Shown here: piece by piece, positions 51,366 to 61,800 of the stretch
Layout of the letters: every line of letters starts with the position of its first letter
How positions within the stretch are numbered: the first letter of the stretch is position 1
Assembly (NCBI GenBank): GCA_951804945.1
Contig: OX638153.1
Location: 20,708,001-20,772,000, forward strand
From: Podarcis cretensis
Taxonomy: Eukaryota
Direction: 5' to 3'
DNA length: 64,000 bases
Translations under genes and position numbers: made by a program
Notes under the pieces: generated by a model
Told to the model about the DNA's origin: nothing
Databases searched by the model: none
What the model saw: the letters and a program-made list of their open reading frames with translations, nothing else

Positions 51366-51376
51366 GTGTGTGTGTG
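51334..51376. repeat. (TG)n microsatellite 38 nt into RET intron 2
   Basis: Direct reading; one interruption (gc). Confidence 0.95.
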
Positions 51377-52265
51377 GTCTCATGTTTACCTTCATTTGCA
51401 TCTGGTGGAATTTATCCAGATACTAATTGTTACCAAATCAGTAGAACTCTTCATTGAATGGAAGGTACTCTGGAACCTCTTCCTAAATATTGGCACAGAC
51501 ACCAATAAGAAGACGGGTAACCATGTCAGTCAACTGCAAGAACAACAAACAGTCCTGTTGTTACCCCCGAGATCAAGAAATTAATCATCACATTATTCCC
51601 CCACCCAGTCAGCCCCTTGCCTATAGAAACATATCATACCACAAATACATTAGTTTTAAAGATTGACACAACACAAGAAGTGATGCATCAATAATAATGT
51701 GATTCTGTTTTGTTTACTTGTGGTTAATGTGTGGAGACAGAGAAGCAGGCCTCAAAGGATGCTCGCAAGTAGCAGTTTATTATATGAAGGTTGCCCAGAG
51801 TGTCTTGGCCATTTACCTTCTCATGTGTCCTTCTCTGCTACTTTGGTTCAAGCCACTCACTCAAAGGAGATAACACTTGGATGAATTGTTCTAATTGATT
51901 CTTGGAATGTGTGACAGATAAGTGAAATAATAACTCTCTGCACTCTAAGGTTATGTTTAACTTACTTGTAAACCCAAAATCCTAGCTCTGAATGAACTGT
52001 ACAGAAAGAGGAACAAGAACAAACCAGAGATTTAATTATTGTTCGTTGCGGTTAACAGAAAATTACAATTCTTTATTTAAGATTGGGTTTTTTCCTACGG
52101 CGTTCTTCGGGCCAGTCTCAGAAAGCAGTATACATGGAAATATTAAAACCCTAATAAAAGAGCAAAGATGGACTGCAAAGGGGAAAAAAAGCTCCATGAA
52201 AACCCTTTGAAAGGTCTTCCCTCCCATCAGGGCAAGGTGATTCAGTGGCACTTGGGGGAAGGAGA

Positions 52266-52409
52266 GGCCAAATAGCTCAAACAGTAGAGCATGAGACTCT
52301 TAGTCTCAGGGTCTATGGGTTCAAGTCCCACATTGGGCAAAAGAGTCCTGCGCTGCAGGGGGTTGGATCAGATGGCCCTTCCAACTCTACCCTCCTGTGA
52401 TTCTGTGAT
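52266..52409 (+). mobile_element. tRNA-Lys(CTT)-headed, CR1-tailed SINE
   Basis: tagctcaaacagtagagcatgagactcttagtctcagggtctatgggttcaagtcccacattgggc matches tRNA-Lys-CTT; CR1 tail cagggggttgga...ttccaactcta..tgattct. Confidence 0.85.
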
Positions 52410-52554
52410 CTCAGCTGGAACACTATAGAGCTACATGGTGGGCAGCTGTTTGGGGTGCTTTGTCTAGGTGGGTATAGAACCATAGATGATGGTGAATTGC
52501 TAAAATGAGGGTTCTTTGTAATCTTCCCTGTTTCTCTTGTCTCCTCCCTAATAG

Positions 52555-52845
52555 TTCCAGGAATTTCGGTATCAAAGCTGATCCTCCAAGTTTTCGTCTC
52601 ACCCCTACCTTTCCAAGGGAAGGAATGCCATGAATCTTATACCAAAGTATTGGTGAAGCTTTCTGTTATCAATTCCACCATGCCAGGTTGCAATTATGGG
52701 ATGCCAAGCCAGTTGTGTTTTTCCAATATGGACCTTTCTTTTCACATCAAGGAGAACAAACCACCAGGGATATTCCATCAGCTCCAGTCATATCCTCTGC
52801 AAAACCAGTGCCAGAATGCAAGCATTTCGTATGAGGTGATAGCAG
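52555..52845 (+). CDS. RET: RET exon 3 (CLD1/CLD2)
   Basis: Translates (F)PGISVSKLILQVFVSPLPFQGKECHESYTKVLVKLSVINSTMPGCNYGMPSQLCFSNMDLSFHIKENKPPGIFHQLQ...YEVIA. Polypyrimidine tract + TAG at 52552-52554, donor G|GTAAAG at 52846; 291 nt, phase 1/1. The 5' boundary was chosen because the alternative CAG at 52560 makes a stop. Confidence 0.92.
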
Positions 52846-54460
52846 GTAAAGCAGCTGCTTGTCCAGTGGGCAGCAGGGACCCTGTTTGCCTTCGCAAATC
52901 CTTATTTCATTGGGTTTTCTGCACAGCTTTAGAACATACTTCCAAATATTGCTCCCATGAGCCTCTGAAGGAGGTATTGGAAGCTGGTCAAAAGTTTGCA
53001 TTGGAAGGCACTTGCATAGGTAGAAGCCACATATGAAAATACTTGGTCAAAACATTTGGAAACTTGGATTAGGTATAGAAGTTATACCATCCCCCCCCAT
53101 ATGTGCAATGGTTCAGCAAATTCTATAAATTAAAAAATAATCTTAAGCAACAGATTTCATGGCCTTCATTGTTTAATTAAGAATGTTTCACTATTTTCAG
53201 AAAAGCATTAAGTAAACACTGTATCAATGATGGTTGAAATTCCATATTAAGAAGAATTATCGATGGGAATTCTGGCTAATACATTATAATGGTCCTGAAA
53301 GAGAATTTTCACATCCCCACCATTGCGGCAAAAGTCTTGGAACATTTATGTGGCTGGGTATTTGCTGAAGTGTTTAAGGGATTCTGGAAAGGGCTTCCAG
53401 TGATTCAAATTTTAAAAATCCAAGCCAAACCAATGCTAGTTTTCCTCTTCATCTTGATTATGATGTAACTTACGTTTTGAGCTGCCTTGAGCATCTGGGA
53501 AAGGCAAGTAAAGAGACATTTTAAATAGATAAATAGAATAATGAACCTTTCCACATTTTCTTTCTCGTAAGACTGGAGCAGGGGTGTCTCAAAGCAGTGA
53601 CTCTAGCAACAGGACAAAGGCACTTCCTGCAGTACCATAGTGTCTTGCCTTGGCTGCAAATTTTTGACCTGCTCTCTGCTGTCCTTCAGCACCACCACTA
53701 AGGAGGAAGGAACAGTCCTCTGCCTCAAAAACTACCTGAGCCTGCCTTGTAAATTTCCTTGCATCTTTTTCTTGCTTCCTGAAGTTTCATCTCCCTCATT
53801 TCACTCTGTTGCAAGATTTAATGTGCCTGCTTTGATACAGGGTGCAAGTAGTCCCCTTTCCCTTGCTTTTCCACGGAAAAATATTCAAAGTGGGCAAGAA
53901 GATCATAGCTAAAAACATTATGCGATCATTAAAGATATATAAGCATAAGGTTAAATATATAGTAGAACAATGAAGCATTAGAAACAATAACTATCCCTTA
54001 ATTTAACAGAAAAAAGCAACACCCTTTGAAAGTTTTGTCATGAGCCACAGTTCATCCATTAATAGTTCATTTGCTAGTGTGGCAAAGGCACATTAGACAG
54101 TAGGTGTGGTGGGTTTTTATCACTTGGGGGTGAGTGGGTCTTCCCTAATGATATGAGGAGGAATGAAATGCCAGACAGAGCAAACCAGAGATACAATAAA
54201 GGTATAGAACAGGGGGAATCCTTTCAACCCCTAATTCCAGTCTTTTACAACCAGCACGATTTCCAGAACTCTATAAAGAGTTCTAAGATTGAAGAATGGT
54301 GTAAATAATACATAATTGACTGGATTTGAGTTGCAGTTTGGGTGTTGCTGATTGTGAATTGTCTACTTCTGGCATAGGATCCTTTACCCCCAAGGTTGTA
54401 TCACAGAGAGCTCCCACTTTGTTAGTGATGGAATGAGACGGTATTCTTGCTGTGTTCTAG

Positions 54461-54702
54461 ATAAAGGTGTGCCATTTCTTTACAACATGGACACGGCGAG
54501 TATCAGCGTGGCACAGCCTCTGGATCGAGAGGAGCGAGAGAAGTATGAGCTGATTGCCAAATGTACTGTGACAGAAGGTTCCAGGGAAACTTTTAAGGAG
54601 GTGCCATTTCTTGTAGCTGTCTTTGATGAAGATGACATGCCCCCCTTCTTGCCTAATGACACAAACACGGCAGATGCAGTTGTGGAGTTCAGCAGGAAAA
54701 AG
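54461..54702 (+). CDS. RET: RET exon 4 (CLD2, Ca2+-binding CLD2/3 linker)
   Basis: DKGVPFLYNMDTASISVAQPLDREEREKYELIAKCTVTEGSRETFKEVPFLVAVFDEDDMPPFLPNDTNTADAVVEFSRKK with LDRE and DEDD cadherin motifs. Acceptor ttctag at 54460, donor AAG|GTAACG at 54703; 242 nt, same as human exon 4. Confidence 0.97.
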
Positions 54703-56444
54703 GTAACGCTCCATGATGGTGCAATGTGCTACTTGTTGGTGATTTAAGAGTCCTTTGCAACCTTTCCACTTCCTCCCATGATTTTTGCATGTTTTGAAGG
54801 GCTCTTTTGAGTATGTCCATGTGGAAATGTAGAATTCGGGTCCATGTAAAGTTTTCCTGTAGCAGGACCTGGTAGGAAACATGGATCTTGCTTGTCCAAC
54901 CCAAGAGTTACATGGATAAATTTTCAGTGGAACATTTCTTCTTGAGGGTGTTCATGGGAGCACTTCCAGTAGCAACCCATGAATACAAAATGTTCTCCCA
55001 GAATATGATGTTAATCATTAATTCCCTCTAGTAGCAAATTTTGGGTTGTCACATACCAATGAGTCATAATGTAATGCTGTTTACACACTTAGACGACCTC
55101 TAAAACATGCAGAAGCATATAAGGTTGTAAACCAATAGAAAATAAATGTTCTAAAGGACCCTGTGAGCTTCCAGGACATACGGAACATTTAGGTCATTGA
55201 GATAAGAAAATAGTAGAGTAACTCATCTCATTGTCTGGAGAGGGAACTTCCAGGGTCACATTACATTGAATGCAAATTACAGGCGATCTTTCCTTCCCTG
55301 CTGCCTATTGCTTGGTGGTCGAGGAGGAAGATGCAGCCACCAATTACAGCTTTGTTAACATCCTGGATTTCTCCATTGTTTTCTGTTAGCAGCATAATTG
55401 TCTGCTCTGGGGTTGTGGAAATATGTCTAAAGCAATTGGAAGTCGGGGCAGTGTGTGTGAATCTTCTCGATTAAATCTGTGTTTGAGGGCAGTTGAGCCA
55501 TTGAATATTGAAGGCGTCAGCTGAAATATCAATGGAAAATGGAAGGAGACGGAGGGAACTAGCCTGCTTAAGTCCCACTCAGTCTGTAGTCAAGTGAATG
55601 TACATCATAAGTTTTAAGGACTCTCCTTCCTGCGCTACATTTCCTCTCTCTACCCCAGCTGTATTGCGATAAAGCAGTCAGATGAAATTTGGGGTGTTCA
55701 GGATGCTATGTCAGTAGGTTTTCTTCAATAAATAAAGCAGTCAGGGTCAGAGCTAGTAGCTTGCCCCAATTCTAAATAAATGAAGAAATCTGAAACCCTT
55801 TTATATAGGATAATGGGGGAAGATTTTAGGAGTGCCCCTCTCCTACCCCACCCCATTTCAGTCTTAAACACTCCAGAGTGCTGTTGTGTTGTAGCTCCCT
55901 TTAATACAATCTCATATTTTTGTTAAAAAGTTCTAACAGATTTATCATGAGAAACGTAAGTTTAAAATTATAGGCGTGTTTCTTTCCTGAGCAACTTATT
56001 TCTTTGGCTGCTAGATTTTGCGTAAGAGAGATTTACCGTTTTTGGATATTTGCTGCCACCAACAGGCCAGAACCATTATCCCCCATTTTATCCACCTCAG
56101 CTGGCTCTGGAGAGTTAAAATTGAAGGACCACCGTATACTCTGAATGCTGAATGAAAACCTGTATGCTAACTATTCACCAGCAAGCTTAATCATGTATGC
56201 AATGTTGGTTTGAGGAAGCATGTCTGAATCTAAAACCAGTAATCCAGATTCCTGCTAACTGAGATCAAGCAGACACCTCTACTATACTCTTTTCTAATGG
56301 GATAATTATCATGACCTTGTAAATCTGTTGCATATTGAAGCACTTTACATTATATTTTTCATCCTAAAATAATGCTTAAATGCCAAGTCATAAATAATAT
56401 ATTGTGACTGCAAGCAATTTCCTCCCACCTATTCTCTTTTAAAG

Positions 56445-56646
56445 GGCACCGTCATTGCAGAATTAACTGTCTATGATGCAGACACCACCCCTATTTTCCC
56501 TATAGACAGTAGCAGGAAGAAGTACACTGGCACCATAAGTACATCTGATCCATGGGTCAAGGAGACATTTCAAGTGGAGCACAACTTCCATGAGATCTTG
56601 TTCAACCCAAATGGCAGTCAAGTGAGGGGAACACGACATGAATACA
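56445..56646 (+). CDS. RET: RET exon 5 (CLD3)
   Basis: GTVIAELTVYDADTTPIFPIDSSRKKYTGTISTSDPWVKETFQVEHNFHEILFNPNGSQVRGTRHEY with the DAD Ca2+ motif. Acceptor ttctcttttaaag at 56444, donor A|GTAAGT at 56647; 202 nt, phase 0/1. Confidence 0.95.
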
Positions 56647-57778
56647 GTAAGTTTATGTGGATTATTATTCCCAAAGGAGTAGTAGTATGCTTACAAAGAA
56701 TATGTTCTGCATTTTGCTGCCTTATCCAGCTTTTGAATCATAAGCTGGAGATGTGAGATAATAAGTAATAGTATCAGACTTCCGGGAGGGCAGGAAGATA
56801 ATGCAGTGTGGTCCAGTGGCCAGTGCTAAAGAGATAATTGTGATGCTGTAGCAATAATCCTTTCAGCCAGTAGGGGCAGTATAGAGTAGTCATAAATCAG
56901 GGTAGACAACCTAGTAACCTCCAGACATTCTGAACTAAAAGTCCCATCAGATTCAGCCAGAATGGCCAATGGCCAGAAATTATGGGAGTCATAGTCCAGA
57001 ACATGTGGAGTGTTCCACATTATCCCTTTCACAGATGACAGACCTGACTAATCACCATTGGTGGAAGTACAATCTCCTATGCTTTGCAACAAACTAGGAC
57101 CTGTTTGAGCACTGCACTGTAATAATTTATTTATGTTGAGATATACATCAGCAACAGAAATGGCCTTCCCTTGTGGAATTGGGGCAACAGTTGGATTTTG
57201 CCATGGAAAAGTGTTTCAGTTTTGAGATGTTCAAAAAAACCAAGGTTGCCTTTTATTAGCTAAATCCCTTACAGTATGCAAACGCAAGTTCATGGCCAAC
57301 GATGGGAACTTGCCAGCTATGCTTGAAAATCCTAACCAACAATGGAATGCCATTGTGCTCACAGCTCAACGGTTCAGGTTCAGCACCTTCAGTTCAGTTC
57401 ATTTGTTGGCATAATTCCCAGTTGCGTTAGTGGACTAAAGATATAGATTTGTGTCCTAAAATAAAACCAGTTAACAATTTTAAAGTTCAAGATGGTTTGG
57501 ACCATTTTCAAATTTTATGAGATGGAATTAACTGGCCTTTTCAATGTTTATATGCTGACAAGAAACCAAGAGCTTTTAATTGCAACTGTTGTACAAATGC
57601 ATACGGTCAGATTATATTCCAATCTGTGCAATGAATACTGTTTCCTTTAAATGAAAGTATAATAACTGTTCTGGTTCAGACATAACAGACTTTGTCCAAC
57701 AAGCCATTGTTTACCAGATCAAAAACGAGCCTTTCACCTGCATTCTCCTGCAGGTTGTTGTTATTTTAAAATACAATA

Positions 57779-58013
57779 CAGTGGACCCTCCTGATATGAA
57801 CTTAATTCGTTCAAGGGGTCCGTACGTACCCCGAAAAGTCCACATCTAGAGGTGCCGCTTCTGCGCACGTGCATGGCATGATAGAGCACTTCTGCACATG
57901 CGTGCGTGATGAAACCTGGAAGTTTACACTTCCGGGTTTACACTTCCGGGTTTGCCGCTTTCGCAACCCGAAAGTTATGTTACCTGAAGGTAACATAACC
58001 TGAGGGTCCGCTG
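57779..58013. mobile_element. Tc1/mariner-pogo MITE, family C
   Basis: TA TSD, TIR cagtggaccctc / gagggtccgctg. Confidence 0.8.
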
Positions 58014-58328
58014 TATTAAAAAGTTTAAACTAATTACAATCAAGAGAATACGGTAGGTCCTAAAATATATATCGCAAGTGTCCAAGGCCAGAGTAAAGAG
58101 GTATGTCTGATGAAAACTGCATAATGAAGGTGCCAGACACATCTCTGTGACAAGTATGATTGAAAGAGGGCTGAAGAGCCTATGTTGGGTCATGTAACTG
58201 TTCCACATAAGATTGTTTCTTCTGTTTCTCTCTGATGCACATGCTTAGTGGGGTTTTTGATTTGTCTTATAGAACAGAGCTCTGCACACCATTATGCCTG
58301 TGCCCAATTTTTGCCATGAGCTCTACAT

Positions 58329-58460
58329 TGTAGAGTTTGAGACTCTTAATCTCAAAGTTGTGGGTTTGAGCCCCACTTTGGGCAAAAGATTCTTGCATTG
58401 CAGGGGGTTGGACTAAACGATCCTTGTGCCCCCTTCCAGTTCTATGACACTCTGATTCTA
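58329..58460 (+). mobile_element. tRNA-Lys(CTT)-headed, CR1-tailed SINE (5' slightly truncated)
   Basis: gtagag..tgagactcttaatctca..gttgtgggtttgagcccca..ttgggc + CR1 tail. Confidence 0.82.
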
Positions 58461-58633
58461 CAATCTGCTCTTAGGGTGCCCTTTTCACTCCTGCATGCCA
58501 AACCAGCCATTTTTGCCCTGCTTCCTGTGTCCACTGGATGTCTCTCTTGACCGCCTTTCTCTTTCCTTGAGAGAATATCCCTGAAGTGTTTATGTATTGC
58601 AAACTTAATGAGTCCAGTCTTCTGTTTCTGCAG

Positions 58634-58833
58634 GACTGGTGTTAGGCAAGAGCATTTCAGTTACTGAAAGCAGCTCCCACCAGGTGGACGTTATTGTGAA
58701 CGACACAGAATACCAGGGGCCTAACAAATCCCTGATGCTTCACTTCAATGTCACCATTCTTCCAATCAGCATCCAGTTTTCAAACGTGACGTATCAGTTC
58801 ACAGTGAACAGAAATGCTGCCAACTTTTCACAA
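58634..58833 (+). CDS. RET: RET exon 6 (CLD3/CLD4)
   Basis: (R)LVLGKSISVTESSSHQVDVIVNDTEYQGPNKSLMLHFNVTILPISIQFSNVTYQFTVNRNAANFSQ. Acceptor tctgtttctgcag at 58633, donor CAA|GTAAGG at 58834; 200 nt, same as human exon 6. Confidence 0.96.
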
Positions 58834-61800
58834 GTAAGGATTGTGTGCTCTTTTGTTCCATTTGGAAATTCAACTTGGAATTTACAGTGCCGGAAAATGT
58901 TTATATAAATGAATATCCTTCAGAGGTTGATTATGTCCTTTGTTGTCTTTCCAACTTTTTTAATAAAAAAAAAAAAAATAGTACAATTTCTTGTGCCAAG
59001 GGCGGGCATGTTTTGCTAAGGAGTGCTCCCTCTCAGGTTGGAAAGAGAGCACAGAGTCCCCTGCCATTTCTGGGGAGTTTCATTCCAGAAGGGAGATGTC
59101 TCAATGGCTACCTTGGTCCTCTTCTCATACAGATTCTCAGCTCTGATGGTGCAAGGTGTAGAGTTTCTTCCTTGTTAAAGTCTGTCCACTGCTGCACTTC
59201 CAGGCTTGTAGAAACCAGTCGCTCCAGTGACCAACCTCTAGGTTGAATATTGTAGTGTGTCAAACCTTGGGTGTGTGGGGTTGTTCTAGGGAGTCTTGAA
59301 AAGTGACATCATAGTAGGCAATTTCAGGGCCACTCAAAAGGTATGAAAATGTTCATATTAGGGATTTTGATCTTTTTTTTAAAGAAATCCAGTTGTTTAG
59401 AAATTATCAAAAATTCAGCACACCTCATGTGAGTCTTGCAGTGATGGCAGCTGGGTTAAGCACTAGGGAACCCTCCCTGCTGACTTCCACTGCTGGGCAT
59501 GTACCACCCATCAGCCTACTCTGTGCTAGAACATACTACTCCCTCATTTCCTACATATTTACCCTGCTAAATGTTGTTCATCTTTCAGTAGATCTAGAAT
59601 ACTAGCTGAGTGTACATTCATTTTTTTAATGAATGGGCAAGATGAAATGAAGGGGCCCCTTTGTTTCATTTGTTTTTATTAAAGAAATGAATGCACGAGT
59701 TCCAAAATGATTCCAAGCATCGTATAATTAATCCGTTACTCACTCAAAACTATTTTAGCTTTCATCCCCACCCCCCCACCCCTTATGAGTCAGAAATGGT
59801 CAGATGGAGGTTTCAGAGAGAGCAGGGTGTCAGGAGTATGCCCGGTCTTCAGCTCAAACACATTGTAACCAAAGTGTCCAACATTCTGGTTGGTCTTTTT
59901 TCCCCATAGAACCTTCCAGTTATAGTGCTAAGGAGAGGGAATTGTGAAAGTCTATAAAAGACGGAGAGAAATGCTTGGGTTTTTGTTTTTGCCCTTGCAG
60001 ATTTTCTCCTCCGTTAGTGAATATTTGCAGGTCTGTCTTTTGGTTGGTTTGTTCTTTGTCTTTCACAAAAACAGTTCCCACTCAGTCACCCCTTGCAGTT
60101 CCTTGAAGCATTTTCAATCCACTTTGCACTGTATTACTCCTACCTCTCCCCACTCCCTTGTGTTTACTTACTTAAAGTATTTTCATCTCCCTCATCGCTT
60201 GACAAGGCTCCTAGAGCGGCGTACATTAGATTGATAAAAACAGCAACATATGATTAAGGCAGTAAAAATAGGCTATTTAAAGAGGTGGCACTTACGACAA
60301 TTTGCTGCTGCTTCCTCTCCCGCTCACAGGGCAGTTGGTTTTTAATGGCCACCAGGAGAGGAAGAAGGGACCAGTCTCTCCTGGTGAAGTGATTTGTGGT
60401 TTATATTTTAGAGAAATACATTAATTAAAAGTTACATGATCTCAGTAAATCGTACACTAAGTAGACTAATGTTGGATAGCACCCACAGCCAGTGCAAATG
60501 TATGAATTGGGGGAGCAAGTGGCACCCACATAGTTGCAGAGCAGTTTAAGCTTCATGGGTCCACAGTGGTTAATGGCTGCTGGTAATTTGTCAACACAAA
60601 AACCGCTACATCCAAAATCCACTTGGCAGTGGCTGAAAGACGCTGTGGCAAACAGAAAACACCCACACCTGGCAGCGGACACAAAGACATAGAATTTCCA
60701 CTGATGACACCAAATCCTGACGTACCACCCACCCAAAACACACACAATCACCAACACATCCACATAACAAGCACACCCTGGTGCAACACTGGAAACAAAT
60801 GCATGTGCACACACTGGTACCCCTCAAATGCACAGCAATCACAGCCCCCGCATGCTCCCCCACAAATCAAGAAACCATGACAACACAGAGAGCAATGCGA
60901 AGGAGAGCTTTATTGGAGCCATGGAAGCCCACACAGTCACAGCAGCATGCAGTAATGACAGGCATACCAAATACCCCTTGCTCCCATAGGGCACACTCCC
61001 TCTCAGGTGTGGCAGTTGGAGGTGAGCAGGCACATCAGTAGAGGCGATGACACCACAGCTCACATCCTAACCATAGCTAGACTGATGGCCTTCAGCATTG
61101 GATAATGGACCACCAGTCTCTCCCTGGTGGCCACCCAGGACCTTGGAGGTGGTTGCTGGTATGGCAACAGAGCATAATTCTCCCCCTGCAGCATGGAGGA
61201 AGAAGTAGAGCATGTCTGGAGTGGCTGAGCACGTATCATGCGTGCCACCTATTGTTGATGCCAGGCACCTCTGCAACCTGTGTGGTTGTGATCTGCAAAA
61301 CAAAAGTCATACAAGAGTTAGCTTATAGACACAGGTGTCATGTTGGCTAGTGGCTTAGCAATCTTTTACTCCTCTTAGGCACCTACTGCAAAAAGTGTAC
61401 CTAGTGTGGGGTAAATTTCCCCAGATTGGGCCCAGCCCATTACTTCCTAGGTGACTTCAGGTGGCAGGGGTATTTATACTTGTCTGTTTTCCCCTCAACT
61501 GTGAAGGTCTCAGATAAGTTGTATCCTAACCTACCCAACACGGCAGACTTGGAGTTCTGATTGCACCTGGTGTGTTTTTGCTGCTCCTATGAGTGTCTTT
61601 AGTTGAATTTGCAAAATTAGTTCTATTTATAGTTAGTTTAGATCATGGTTGGGCTTTGCCTTTTTATTGTCTATAAAATCAGTTCCCTTATTCTTTTCTG
61701 TCTAAAATTTCAGATAGGATCCCTTGGATGAGAATTTCTGAAAGTTTAATGTTAATTGGATCGAGACCCCCCCCCCCCAAAGTTGCAAAAGCAGAAAAAC

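Noticed and set aside
54455-54470. Alternative AAG acceptor 6 nt into exon 4 (and a CAG 16 nt into exon 5)
   Set aside because: The upstream AG gives the conserved 242-nt exon 4; the exon 5 alternative is out of frame, and nothing suggests either is used.
61700-61760. Look-alike of the RET exon 7 start (cag|ATA GGA TCC CTT = IGSL...)
   Set aside because: In-frame TGA at 61729 and no continuing similarity to CLD4; the true exon 7 is presumably beyond the window.
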